A DNA stretch of 64,000 nucleotides, taken from an uncultured Planctomycetota bacterium. Its GTDB lineage: Bacteria > Planctomycetota > Planctomycetia > Gemmatales > Gemmataceae. The notes below the pieces were generated by a model. The model had not been told where the DNA came from and ran no database searches. It saw only the letters and a program-made list of their open reading frames with translations. A program made the position numbers and the translations under genes. Numbering within the stretch: position 1 is the stretch's first letter; each line of letters opens with the position of its first letter. The DNA lies in NCBI GenBank assembly GCA_963849325.1, contig CAWKHF010000012.1:640001-704000 (forward strand). Direction: 5' to 3'. This document shows positions 27,763 through 39,103 of the stretch, piece by piece.

Positions 27763-29171
27763 ATGGCAGATGCTTCCGCGAAGACCCTTGATCCGCGCTG
27801 GGCGTGGCAGCCGTATCGACCCGGCAAGGAGTCGCCGTGGGACGTCCGGCGCGTGGGCCATCTCTATCGCCGTGCCGCCTTCGGAGCGACGAATGCCGAG
27901 CTGGAGGTGGGACTCAAGGCTGGACCCCAAGCCCTCATCGCTCGGCTCCTCCAGGGAGGTCCGGGGTTGAGCGCGTTCGACGCCGAGATGACGCCCCTGG
28001 CCCAGAACGTCGCGCGTTACAACGATGCGCCGCACCTGCGCGCCTGGTGGCTGACGCGCATGCTGTATAGTCCGCACCCGCTGCAAGAGAAAATCACCCT
28101 TTTCTGGCACAACCACTTCGCCACCAGCTACGCCAAGGTGCAGAGCGCCCGCTTCATGCTCGGCCAGTACGAGCTGATGCGCCGTCACGCCCTGGGCAAC
28201 TTCGCCGACCTGCTGCGCGAGATGTCCGCCGATCCGGCCATGCTGATCTGGCTGGACGGGCGCGACAGCAAGAAGGGCAACCCCAATGAGAATTACGCCC
28301 GCGAGCTGATGGAGCTGTTCAGCCTCGGCATCGGCCACTACACCGAGAAGGACATCCGCGAGGCCGCCCGCGCCTTCACCGGCTGGGAGATTCAAGGGAC
28401 GAAAGCCGTCTTCAGTTCCCGGCAGCACGATGACGGTCCAAAGACGGTCCTCGGCCAAACCGGCAACTGGAAAGGCGACGACATCGTTCGCATCTGCCTG
28501 GAGCAGAAAGCGGCGCCGTTGTTCCTTGTCGGCAAGCTGTACCGCTTCCTCGTCAGCGAGACGCTGACGCCGACGCCGGAACTGCTGGCGCCGCTGGCCG
28601 AACAATTCAAAACGAGTGGCTACGACTTCGGCGCGCTCGTCCGGACGATGCTGTCGTCGAACCTGTTCTTTTCGCCGATCGTCTACCGGACGCGCGTCAA
28701 ATCGCCGGTCGATTTCGTGCTGGGCATCGTCCGCGGCTTGGAGGGCAAGATGGGAACGACGGCACTGGCGCAGGCGCTGGAGCAGCTGGGCCAGAACCTC
28801 TTTTCGCCGCCGTCGGTCAAGGGCTGGGACGGCGGACGCACCTGGCTCAACGGCCAGACGCTGCTGTTCCGGCAGAACCTGGCGCTGGCGCTGACCTCGA
28901 CGGAGGACGCCCGCTTCGGCCGCCGCAGCGACCCCGCCGTTCTGGCGCGCAAGTACAACAAAAAATCAGACACCGAGCTGGTAGACTTCTTCCTGCGCCT
29001 GTTCTTGCAGGACGACGTGCCCGCTGAGACGCGGCGCGCCTGCTCGACTATCAGCGTCATGCCCACGAGCTGCCGGCGCCGGTATACTGGACGGTGGAAG
29101 ACGCCGCCGACCATCGCGTGCGAACCCTGTGTCATCTGGTGTTGTCGCTGCCGGAGTTTCAGCTGGATTAG
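27763..29171 (+). CDS. DUF1800 protein (frameshift ~29040)
   Basis: HLYRRAAFG, LQEKITLFWHNHFATS, PNENYARELMELFSLG, PPSVKGW; end LSLPEFQLD* in a shifted frame. Confidence 0.9.
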
Positions 29172-29221
29172 ATGCCGCAGACGGCTTAACGCTAAGCCGG
29201 ACGCGGCCGGAGGATCTGCAC

Positions 29222-30461
29222 ATGACCGCCAATCGTCGTGACTTCTTGAAAACGTCGCTGGCCGGCGCGGGCCTGGTCAGCTGGAGCCTCAGCGCGCCCG
29301 GCTTCCTCAGCCGAACCGCGGCGGCCGCCCCCGAGGCCGGCAAGCCTGGCGCCAAAGACACCATCCTCGTCGTCATCGAGCTGACCGGCGGCAACGACGG
29401 CCTGAACACGGTCATTCCCTTCAAAGATCCGGAATACGCCAAACTGCGGCCGACGCTGCGCCAACCGGAGGCGCAGATCAAGAAGATCAACGACCATCTC
29501 GGTCTGCATCCGTCGATGGGCGGCCTGGCTGATCTGCTGCAAGACAACGCCCTGTGCGTCGTCCAAGGCGTCGGCTACCCCAACCCCAACCAGTCGCACT
29601 TCCGTTCGATGGACATCTGGCAGACGGCCAGCGCGGCGGAGGACGTCCGCGAAGGCTGGCTCGGCAAGGCGCTCAAGGGTCTACCCGGCGCGCCGTCGTT
29701 CCACCTGAAGAACAACAACGAGCCGTCGCCCCTGGCCCTGGACGGCGCTCCGGCGCGGGTGCCGTCGATCAAGACGCTGGAGGAGTTTCAGCTCCAGGTG
29801 GCCGCCGCCAGCGGCGCCGACAAGAGAGAGCAGCGCACCGTCATCGAGGGGGCGGCCCAGGCCAGGGGCGGACCCGGCTTGCTCGATTTCGTGCAGCGTA
29901 CCGCGTCGAATACCTACGCCAGCAGCCGGCGCTTGCAGGAGATCGGCCGGAACTACAAGCCGAAGGTGACCTATCCGAATACGCCGTTGGCCGGCCGTCT
30001 CAAGCTGGCGGCCCAACTCATCGACGCCGGCCTAGGCGCTGCGTCTCTTCTATGTGGCCCACGGCAATTTCGATACGCACGCCGGGCAAGCGCCGGCCCA
30101 CATGAACCTGCTGGGGCAACTGTCTGCCGCCGTCACCGCCTTCTTCAAGGACGTGGCGGCGCGCGGCCACCGCGACCGCGTGCTGGTCATGACTTTCTCT
30201 GAGTTCGGGCGCCGTGCCAAGGAGAACGGCAGCAAGGGCACCGATCACGGCTCGGCCGCGCCGATGCTGCTGATCGGCGGCCGCGTCAAGGCCGGAACGG
30301 TCGGCGAACATCCGAGCCTGAGCAAGCTCGAACTGGGCAATCTGAAACATCACACCGACTTCCGCCAGGTGTACGCCGCCATCCTCGACAAGTGGCTCGG
30401 CACTCCCAGCAAGGACGTGCTCGGCGGCGAGTTCAAGCACGTGGACATTTTCAAGAGCTGA
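29222..30461 (+). CDS. DUF1501 protein (frameshift ~30040)
   Basis: NRRDFLK, GGNDGLNT, SHFRSMDIW, FDTH, FSEFGRR, GTDHG. Confidence 0.9.
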
Positions 30462-30479
30462 TCGCGCGCGAGATCCTGT

Positions 30480-30527
30480 CCGAGCCCGCAGCGTCAGCGA
30501 GGGACATCCCTCGCTGACGCTGCGGGC
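30480..30527. repeat. REP-like palindrome, family A
   Basis: GCCCGCAGCGTCAGCGAGGGA / TCCCTCGCTGACGCTGCGGGC. Confidence 0.8.
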
Positions 30528-30855
30528 GCCGAAAGATCGTCTACTCTTCTCTCCTCGGCCTCCACGTCAGCCCACCCTGCTTCCCTGAATATCTTGTCAT
30601 GGCAGCGTTTTTGCATGAAGGATGCCGAGCCTCGCCGCGACGGGGAAGGATCCACAGGTTCGGTCGTGGGCGGAGTCTGAGTGGTCCCACGGTCGGGCCG
30701 GAGTTTCCCGTTGCTCCGCGGCCCAAAAAGAGTATGCTGACAGCGCCGGCGAAGTGAATCGCCTCTTGAGGAAATGATGCCCGCCGCCTGGCCAACCGGC
30801 CGTGTCCCGCGCTGAAACAGCGGCCGAGGCGGTGCGCAGAACGTGAGGCATCCGG

Positions 30856-31554
30856 ATGCACATCTGGGTTGAGTGCGGAAACTTCTTCCGCGAGTGTCGG
30901 CGGCACTTCCATACCACGGGAGCGATCTTGCCCAGCAGTCGTTTTCTGGCCCGAGCCTTGGCTCGTCCCTTGCGCAGCTCGCGGACGCCGTGCCGCATCC
31001 TCGAAGTCGGTCCCGGCACCGGCTCGGTAACGTGCGAGATCGTCCGCCGTATGCTGCCGGGCGATCGACTCGACGCCGTGGAGGTCAACGGCCACTTCGT
31101 CGCCCTGCTGGAGCGCCGGCTGCGCCAGGAGCGTGTCTTCGCCCTCCACCGCGATCAGGTCGAGGTCATCCACGCGGCCGTGCAGGATCTGATCGGCAAC
31201 GCTGTCTACGACTTCATCGTTTCGGGCCTGCCGTTGAACAACTTCCCGGCCCACGAAGTGCGCGACATTTTCGCCACCTATAGCCGTCTGCTCAAACCGG
31301 GCGGCACGCTGACGTATTACGAGTACACGCTGGTGCGCCAGCTGAAGTCACCATTCGTCGATCGCCGCGAGCGCCGCCGCCTGTTCCGCGTCGGCCGCGT
31401 CATGCGCGGCTACATCCGGGATTACCAGGTCCGCCGCGAGCGGATCTTCATCAACCTGCCGCCCGCGACCGTGCGTCACCTGCGCTTCACGCCGGGGATG
31501 ACTCGGCCCGTGGCGGGAGTGATCGAACACCCTTCGAGCGTCCTGCACCGCTGA
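30856..31554 (+). CDS. SAM-dependent lipid N-methyltransferase (PmtA/OlsG-like)
   Basis: TGAILPSSRFLA, ILEVGPGTG, IVSGLP, NLPPA. Confidence 0.85.
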   Translation: MHIWVECGNFFRECRRHFHTTGAILPSSRFLARALARPLRSSRTPCRILEVGPGTGSVTCEIVRRMLPGDRLDAVEVNGHFVALLERRLRQERVFALHRDQVEVIHAAVQDLIGNAVYDFIVSGLPLNNFPAHEVRDIFATYSRLLKPGGTLTYYEYTLVRQLKSPFVDRRERRRLFRVGRVMRGYIRDYQVRRERIFINLPPATVRHLRFTPGMTRPVAGVIEHPSSVLHR

Positions 31555-31582
31555 TACATCGTTGTCTGCGAACCTTTCTCGT

Positions 31583-31640
31583 TTAGCCGCGGCGCGCAGC
31601 GGAGCGCGTCTCGCGCTCCGCTGCGCGTCGCGGCGAAACG
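31583..31640. repeat. REP-like palindrome, family C
   Basis: GCCGCGGCGCGCAGCGGAGCGCG / CGCGCTCCGCTGCGCGTCGCGGC; related copy at 61229-61293. Confidence 0.75.
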
Positions 31641-31713
31641 ACCGGAGCAGAAGCCCTGAGTCGGCCAATGGAGTCGGCCGGCGTCCTATCTCGTGGAACG
31701 GAGGGAGCCGTTG

Positions 31714-33681
31714 ATGAATCGTCGCTTGCTAAGCGCCTGCCTGGGCGCCGTGCTGATGGTTGTGCTGTCCATGCCAGCCCGCCTCGCCGCCAAGCCGCCC
31801 GACCTGCCCATGAACGAGACCAACACCGTGACGCCGCGCGTCGATGCGGAGGCCGAGGAACCGGCCGAACCGCCACTGTCCGGAGGCGCGATCGTCTCCG
31901 GATCGGCTCGGGAATCAGTAGCCCCGGATATTCTGAATTGGGTTCGGCAGCATTCGACAGCCACGCCGATGCGCGCGCACCCGTTGCTCTCCGATGTTCA
32001 GGTGGAGGTTTCGGAGGCGAATACAGGATCGCTGATCTTCGGTATTGGCGTGAACAGCAACTCGGGTCTGACCGGCAGCATTGTATGCAATGAACGCAAC
32101 TTCGCGTGTGAGCCGTCGAAGGTAGTGCAGCGCTTGGCGGAGGACGAGTTGCCCCCCGCCGCATCCATCTACGACGCCCTGCCCGCCGCGCTGCCGACGC
32201 CCAACCTGTATGAGTTGCGTCCGACCGCTCGCCGCACACTGGCCGGCTCGCTGCTGTTCGGATTCAACCCGCTGATGGCGCTGCTGCCGACCGACAAAGC
32301 CCTCGATGCCCCCGACGATCATCCACAGCGCGTGGCCGGCGACGATGTATTCCTCGACATGCCCGCCTTCCTCTCCAAAGAGTGTGAGAAAGATCTTCTA
32401 CATTCTTCATTCTTTATCCCTCAAGCTTGGGGTGATCGCCTTAACAGCACCGAGTGGTTCAAATGGCTCGTGGCCCGCTACGCCAAACAGCACGACGCCC
32501 CCGCCCCGGCGCAGAATGAAGGTTATCTCAACGTCGCCGTGGTCGCCGCCCTGACGTCGGCCGACACGCCCGCCGCCGAGATCGACGCGCCGCTCGTCCC
32601 CGCCGCCGAGGCGCTGCCGATGCCGCAGGAAGACAAGCCGCACAAGAAAAAACACAAGAAACATCAACGCAAGAGCGAACCGCTGGCCATGCCGAAGGAG
32701 GACGCTGCCGCCGGCGCATCGGCGGACGGCATCACCTGCCCCTACCTCCGCCAGCAGATGATCGATCGCCACGCCTGCCAGACCGCCGACCCGCAGCTCG
32801 GCTGCGACGTGCTCGACAATCTCGAACGGCTGAAGAAGGCGGATGATTTGCTGGAACTGGCCCGCGACTTCGCCCGCGCCGGCCACGCCGCCGAGGCGTT
32901 CGAGTGCTACGCTCTCGTTCGAGATCTCTGCCCCGGCAGTCCGTGTGCGAATCGCGCCGATGCCCTCGCTCTGGAACTGTATCTCGCCGAGGTCTGCGAC
33001 CGGCCGGCCGGCGCGGAAGACGCCGCCGAGCCGCGCGACGAGTCGTCCGACAAGCCGGCGGGCGTCGAGCAGCAGGTCAGCGGTCTGATGAAGGCGTGCC
33101 GTCTGCTCGTCAACGAGGGGCTGCACGAGCAGGCCGCCGAACTGGCCCGGCAGGCATACGCGCTGGACCCCGAGCGCGTCATGGCCGATCCGCTCGTCTA
33201 CAAGATGCACCTCCTCGCCACGACGCCACGACAGTCGTTCGGCTCCTCGAAGCCGGACGGCTCGACCGAATCGAGTGAGCCGGCCTCGTGTCCGTACTGT
33301 CCCCGCATCGGCCAACCGATCCGCGCGATCGTGCCGGACAAGAAGAAGCGTGCGTCCGGTCCCACGACGCTGCTCGTGCCGCCGATGCCGCCGGTCGATT
33401 ACGAAGTCGTGCCGGTACTCGATGGCGTGCTGACCGAGAAGGACCGGCCGGCGGGCGTGGAAGAGGCGAGCGAAGAGGAAACGCCGTCGAGCCTGGATGA
33501 GCTGGTCGAGTCCATCATGGGAGGCCACGGCGAAAGCCTGTTCGGCATCGGCATCAACGGAGATGGAAGTCTGCGCGTGAGCGGCGAGTGGTCGGGCGGC
33601 GGCAGCGTCTACCACGTCCTGTTCAACCGAGGCTGCCTGGCGATCTGGAAGACGCCGGACGCGGCGAAAGTGAAACCGTGA
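31714..33681 (+). CDS. Hypothetical exported protein with TPR-like helices and a BamA-like segment
   Basis: Signal peptide MNRRLLSAC...; CPY motifs; EANTGSLIFGIGVNSNSGLTGSIVCNERNF. Confidence 0.7.
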   Translation: MNRRLLSACLGAVLMVVLSMPARLAAKPPDLPMNETNTVTPRVDAEAEEPAEPPLSGGAIVSGSARESVAPDILNWVRQHSTATPMRAHPLLSDVQVEVSEANTGSLIFGIGVNSNSGLTGSIVCNERNFACEPSKVVQRLAEDELPPAASIYDALPAALPTPNLYELRPTARRTLAGSLLFGFNPLMALLPTDKALDAPDDHPQRVAGDDVFLDMPAFLSKECEKDLLHSSFFIPQAWGDRLNSTEWFKWLVARYAKQHDAPAPAQNEGYLNVAVVAALTSADTPAAEIDAPLVPAAEALPMPQEDKPHKKKHKKHQRKSEPLAMPKEDAAAGASADGITCPYLRQQMIDRHACQTADPQLGCDVLDNLERLKKADDLLELARDFARAGHAAEAFECYALVRDLCPGSPCANRADALALELYLAEVCDRPAGAEDAAEPRDESSDKPAGVEQQVSGLMKACRLLVNEGLHEQAAELARQAYALDPERVMADPLVYKMHLLATTPRQSFGSSKPDGSTESSEPASCPYCPRIGQPIRAIVPDKKKRASGPTTLLVPPMPPVDYEVVPVLDGVLTEKDRPAGVEEASEEETPSSLDELVESIMGGHGESLFGIGINGDGSLRVSGEWSGGGSVYHVLFNRGCLAIWKTPDAAKVKP

Positions 33682-33688
33682 CATTCCC

Positions 33689-33750
33689 GGCGAGCGGGGG
33701 GCGTCAGCCCCCTGTTGGAAGCAACAGGGGGCTGACGCCCCCCGCTCGCC
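33689..33750. repeat. REP-like palindrome, family B
   Basis: GGCGAGCGGGGGGCGTCAGCCCCCTGTTG / CAACAGGGGGCTGACGCCCCCCGCTCGCC. Confidence 0.85.
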
Positions 33751-33758
33751 GAATGTTC

Positions 33759-34019
33759 TCACACCGAGGAATGGGCCGTTTGCAGATAGTCAAGGACTTG
33801 ATGGATCGTCATTCGCTGGATGCCGGGGAAGAGGTTCATCTGCACGGCCAGGGCGGCGAGGATGTGTTCTTCGCTGACCAGCCCCATGGCGCGAGCCAAC
33901 TGGCCGAATTTCTGCCGCCGCTCCTGCCGCCGCATCGCTTCCAGCACGCGGTCGAGGTCGAAACGGCTGAGGACCCTCAAACGGACTAGGATCTCGCCCA
34001 GCTTCGGTTCCGTGCGCAT
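33759..34019 (-). CDS. Stand-alone MshEN-like protein
   Basis: KLGEILVRLRVLSRFDLDRVL and KFGQLARAMGLVSEEHILAALAVQ. Confidence 0.65.
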   Translation of the reverse strand: MRTEPKLGEILVRLRVLSRFDLDRVLEAMRRQERRQKFGQLARAMGLVSEEHILAALAVQMNLFPGIQRMTIHQVLDYLQTAHSSV

Positions 34020-34094
34020 CGGTTGTGCCCTGTCTCGCCGGCGGCGGAGCGATGCCGCCCCCGTTCAGCACAACTATAGCTCACGCAGGGTCCG

Positions 34095-35045
34095 TCAGTG
34101 TTTGGGGAAGTAGTTGTTGAGCGTCTGCAGGCGGGAGACGCTGAGGTCGAGATTGTCCTGGGCGGCGCACATGTGCTCCAGGGCCTCCTCGAAGCGCGAG
34201 ACGCAGGCGTCCAGTTCGCTGCGCGGCGCGTCGGTGTAGAGCAGACAGCTGGACAGCTCCTTGATGGCCTCCTCCAGTTCGTCGCCGAGGACTTGCTGGA
34301 AGCGTCGGCCGAACTCCTCCGACTCGCCGGCGGCGGCGTGCAGTGCGATCAGCAGGTTGCCGTGGAGGTTGGGGTCCACGGTTCGGTCCATCTCGACGGA
34401 CCCGGGGCGGGCGGCCTTCGACTGGGGAGCGGCCACCGTCGGGGTCGTCGCACTGCTGCCGGACGGCTCACCCTGGCCCAGCATCTCCCGGGCGTGTTCC
34501 CGCCCTTCAAGCGCCTTTTCCCAATCCGGCCGAAGCTTCAGTGCCTCGTCGTAGTTCTGGATGGCCGGGCGATATTGTTTTTTCTCGACATACAGGTTGC
34601 CCAGGTTGAGGTAGGCGTCGGCCATGCGCGGATTGAGGCGAATGGCCTCGCGGTACGCCTGGATCGACAGATCGAGCTGGCCCTTGCGGCGGTAGACCAG
34701 GCCCAGGTTGTAATAGCCCTCGACGCGCTGCGGATCGAGTTGAATGCCGCGGCGCAGGGCGGCGACGGCCTCGTCCAGGTCTTGCAGGAGATTGTGGACG
34801 GCGCCCAGGTTGATGTAGGCGCCGGCGCGGAGCGGATCGAGACGAGTAACTTCCTTGAAGTGGTGGGCGGCACTGGTCAGCTCGCGGAGCTGGAAATACA
34901 CGGTAGCCAGACCCATGTGGATGTCCGGCGAATCGGACTTGAGTCCCAGCGCCATCAAGTAGGCCTGCTTGGCCTTCTCCCAATCGCGGGCCTCGATGGC
35001 TTGCCGCGCCTTGAGACAGATTCGTTCGATTTTCCCCGGTATCAT
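34095..35045 (-). CDS. Tetratricopeptide repeat protein
   Basis: Five TPR-like units (AYINLG, GYYNLG, AYLNLG) plus helical C-terminus. Confidence 0.88.
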   Translation of the reverse strand: MIPGKIERICLKARQAIEARDWEKAKQAYLMALGLKSDSPDIHMGLATVYFQLRELTSAAHHFKEVTRLDPLRAGAYINLGAVHNLLQDLDEAVAALRRGIQLDPQRVEGYYNLGLVYRRKGQLDLSIQAYREAIRLNPRMADAYLNLGNLYVEKKQYRPAIQNYDEALKLRPDWEKALEGREHAREMLGQGEPSGSSATTPTVAAPQSKAARPGSVEMDRTVDPNLHGNLLIALHAAAGESEEFGRRFQQVLGDELEEAIKELSSCLLYTDAPRSELDACVSRFEEALEHMCAAQDNLDLSVSRLQTLNNYFPKH

Positions 35046-35183
35046 GGCTTCGCCCCTCCCCGGTGAGGCATTTCGCACAGTCCTGGACATAGAGGATTGG
35101 GATAGACAAACCAATTATAAACGGACATTCGCGCTGTCCACAACTGGATTCGGTCGGCGAACGTCGGCGTGACGGTTGCCTGG

Positions 35184-35355
35184 GCCGCAAGCGGCTTAGC
35201 GTCTGTCCCGTAATCTCCCCTCTCCCCCCCTTCGGGGGAGAGGGGTTGGGGGTGAGGGGGAGAGAAACCTCGGGAAAGCGCACCCCCTCACCCCACCCCT
35301 CTCCCCCGAAGCGGGGGAGAGGGGCTTACGGGACAGACGCTAAGCCGCCAGCGGC
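35184..35355. repeat. Composite ~170-bp palindrome (family D arms around a CCCCTCTCCC-type REP)
   Basis: GCGGCTTAGCGTCTGTCCCGTAA / TTACGGGACAGACGCTAAGCCGC around CCCCTCTCCCCC...GGGGGAGAGGGG units. Confidence 0.85.
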
Positions 35356-35454
35356 TTTTTCTGGTAGAATGTCGGATGAAACCTCGCCGGAACCTACCCG
35401 CCTCGGAGGTCCACCCTCGGACCTGCCCGTGCCGCTTCGCCGAAGGAGAGAACC

Positions 35455-38400
35455 GTGCGGACTGAATACCCGCTCGCCGTTGGTCTGATGGCCCTGTTGA
35501 GTTGCTGCGGTCTGTCCCGAGCGGCCGAGAAACCGCGTGTCGATTTCGCCCGCGACGTGCTGCCGATCTTCCAGCGCCGCTGCTTTTCCTGCCACGACGG
35601 CCGCAAGCATAAGGCGGGCCTGCGCCTGGACGTGCGTGCCAGCGCCCTGCGCGGCGGCGAGTCCGGCAAGCCGGCCCTCGTCCTCGGCGACGCTCCCAGG
35701 AGCGAGTTACTCCGCCGCGTCAGCATCGCGGACGACGACGAGGTCATGCCGCCCGAGGGGGAGCGGCTGTCCGCCGCCGAAGTGAAACGACTGCGCGACT
35801 GGATCGACGCGGGAGCGGTCTGGCCCGACGCCCTGGCCGGCGACGACGCCCCGTGGAAGCGTCACTGGGCCTTTCGCGCTCCGGTGCGCCCGTCGCTGCC
35901 GGCCGTCAAGAATACGGCGTGGGCGCGACACCCGCTGGATCGCTTCGTGCTGGCGCGGCTGGAAAAAGAGGGATCAGCGCCGTCGCCGCAAGCCGATCGC
36001 GTCACCCTGCTGCGCCGCCTCAGCCTCGACCTGATCGGACTGCCGCCGACCATCGCGGAGGTGGACGCCTTTCTCGCCGACAACAGTGAGCAGGCTTACG
36101 AGAAGGCCGTCGAGCGCTTGCTGGCCAGTCCGCACTACGGCGAACGCTGGGGCCGGCACTGGCTCGACGCCGCTCGCTACGCCGACTCGGACGGCTTCGA
36201 GAAGGACAAATCGCGCTCGGTGTGGTTTTACCGCGATTGGGTCATCGCCGCGCTCAACCGCGATCTGCCCTACGACCAGTTCATCATCGAGCAGCTGGCC
36301 GGCGACCTGCTGCCGGGGGCGACGCAAGATCAAATCGTGGCCACGGGGTTCCTGCGCAACTCGATGATTAACGAGGAGGGCGGCGTCGATCCCGAGCAGT
36401 TCCGCATGGAGGCGATGTTCGATCGCATGGAGGCCATCGGCAAGAGCGTCCTCGGCCTGACCATCCAGTGCGCCCAGTGCCACAACCACAAGTTCGACCC
36501 ACTGGCCCAGGTTGAATATTACAAGATGTTCGCTTTCCTCAACAACGACCACGAGGCGAACATCGCCGTGTACACGCCGGAAGAGCAGATGCGGCGGGCC
36601 GAGTTGTTGCGGCAAATCCACGCCATCGAGAACGAACTGCGGCACCGCCACCCCGATTGGCGGAAGCGCATGCACGCCTGGGAGGACACCGTTCGAGAGA
36701 ATCAGCCCGAATGGATCGTCTTGCGGCCGGCCGTTGAGGAGGAATCGACCGGCGGGCAGAAATACCTGCCGCTGACGGACGGCTCGTTCCTCGCCCAGGG
36801 CTACGCGCCGACCAAGCACACGGTACGAATGAAGGTAAAGACCGATGTGTCCAACATCACGGCGTTTCGTCTGGAGTTGCTCAACGATCCGAACCTGCCG
36901 CTGGGTGGGCCGGGGCGTTCTCTTCACGGCACGGGAGCGCTGACCGAGTTCAAGGTGCAGGTGGTGCCGGCGGACCATCGCGGTCAAAAACCGGAGTGGG
37001 TCAAGTTCGTCAAGGCGACGGCGGACGTCAATCCGCCGGAGAAGCCGCTCGATGCGGTCTATTACGACAAAAGCGATCGCAAGCGTATGACAGGTCCGGT
37101 AAACTTCGCCATCGACGGCAACAACGACACGGCCTGGGGCATCGACATCGGTCCGGGCCGCCGCAATCGGCCGCGCAAGGCCGTCTTTCTCGCCGACAAG
37201 CCGATCGCCAATCCCAAGGGGACCATCCTGACGTTCCATCTGACGCAGAACCATGGTGGCTGGAACAGCGACGACAATCAGAATCACAACCTCGGCCGCA
37301 TTCGCCTGTCCCTGACGACGTGGCCCGGCGCGGAGGCGGACCCACTGCCCCAGCACGTGCGGCAGATCCTCGCCGTCCCGCGCGAACGACGGACACCGGC
37401 GCAGGAGGGGGTCATCTTTAGCTACTGGCGGACCACCGTACCGGAGTGGAAGGACGCCAACGAACGGATTGAGGCGCTGTGGCAAAAACACCCGGAAGGC
37501 TCCTCGCAGTTGGTGCTGCAAGGGCGTCCGCGGCCGCGCGACACGCACGTCCTGAAGCGCGGCGATTTCCTCAAGCCGGCCCAGGCGGTGACGCCGGGCG
37601 TGCCATCGTTCTTGCATCCGCTGCCGCCCAACGCGGCGCCGAATCGCCTGACGTTCGCCCGCTGGCTGGTCGATCGCCGTTCGCCGACGACGGCACGGGC
37701 CATCGTCAACCGCGTTTGGCAGACGTATTTCGGCACCGGACTCGTCGCCACCAGCGAGGATCTCGGCACGCAGAGCGAAGCGCCGTCGCACCCGGAGCTG
37801 CTCGACTGGCTCGCTGTCGAGTTCATGGAAGGCGGCTGGAACCTCAAGAAGCTGCACCAGCTCATCGTCGGCTCGGCGACCTACCGGCAATCGTCGCGGG
37901 TGACGCCGGAGCTGCACGCGCGCGATCCGTACAACCGCCTGCTGGCGCGGGGAGCGCGCTTCCGCGTCGAGGGCGAGATCGTGCGGGACATCGCCTTGTC
38001 GGCGAGCGGCCTGCTGAACCCGGCCGTCGGCGGCCGCAGCGTGTTTCCGCCGTTGCCCGGCTTCCTGCTCGTGCCGCCGGCCAGCTACGGGCCGAAGATT
38101 TGGCCGGAAGACAAGGGGCCGAACCGCTATCGTCGCGGCCTGTACACGTTCCGCTATCGCTCGGTGCCGTACCCGATGCTGCAAACGTTCGATGCCCCCA
38201 ATGGCGACGCCTCGTGCGTGCGGCGGTCGCGCTCCAACACACCGCTGCAAGCGCTGATGACGCTCAACGAGCCGGTCTTTCTCGACTGCGCCCGCGCGCT
38301 GGCGCTGCGAACCCTGGCCGACGGCGGCGCGACGGACGCCGAGCGCATGGTCTACGCCTTCCGCCGCTGCGTCGCCCGGACGCCGACCAGCGCGGAGAAG

Positions 38401-38596
38401 GCCGAGCTGCTGAAACTGCTGGACAAGCAGCAAGAACGCTTCGCCCGGCCTGACGCCAAGCCGTGGGATCTGGCCGCGACGGAATCCGGCGCATCCGCCG
38501 TCATTGCCGAAAGGCGCGACGCCGGCGCAGGCGGCGGCGTGGACCGTCGTGTCGCGCGTGCTGCTGAACCTCGATGAGACGATCGCCAAGGAGTAG
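35455..38596 (+). CDS. Planctomycete cytochrome c / DUF1549 / DUF1553 protein (frameshift near the 3' end)
   Basis: CFSCH, HWAF, YGERWGRHWLD, CAQCHNHKFDP, PSHPELLDWLA, NTPLQAL; end LLNLDETIAKE* in a shifted frame. Confidence 0.92.
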
Positions 38597-38818
38597 GAGA
38601 TTTTGACGAGCAGCCTTTGAAGACGCCGATCGTCTTCCGCAAAACGACGTTGGGCGGCATGGAAGATAAAAGGAATGGACACCGATTTTCCCGATTTTCT
38701 GATACACTACACTATACCGCGATCGGTCGAAACGGCCTCCCCATGCCTCGGCGGTAACGCGACAAGGGCAGGCAAGCAAACAAAAAAGAACGGACATCCA
38801 TTTCCCGAAGGGCATCCC

Positions 38819-39103
38819 ATGACCGTGAAAAAGACCCCTCTCCTCCCCGCCGCCCCGCGTCGAGAAGGGGTGACGCGCACCGTGATCTCGCAAACGTTGC
38901 CCTGCACCCCGGAGGACTGGCGTCAACGCATCGAGGCGCTGGGCACCCGCATCGCCGGATACGTCCAGTTCATGTGCGAGCCGGGCGACCTGGGCGGCAC
39001 CTCGGCCGAGGCGAGGGAAAAAGCCATCGCCGTCTTCGGCGCGGCGATGGTGGTGGCGGAGCATCGGCTGGGCCGGATCCAGGAAGAGTTCCGGCTCGAA
39101 TAG
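38819..39103 (+). CDS. Hypothetical small helical protein
   Basis: GC-biased codon pattern; start uncertain (38675 or 38819). Confidence 0.55.
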   Translation: MTVKKTPLLPAAPRREGVTRTVISQTLPCTPEDWRQRIEALGTRIAGYVQFMCEPGDLGGTSAEAREKAIAVFGAAMVVAEHRLGRIQEEFRLE

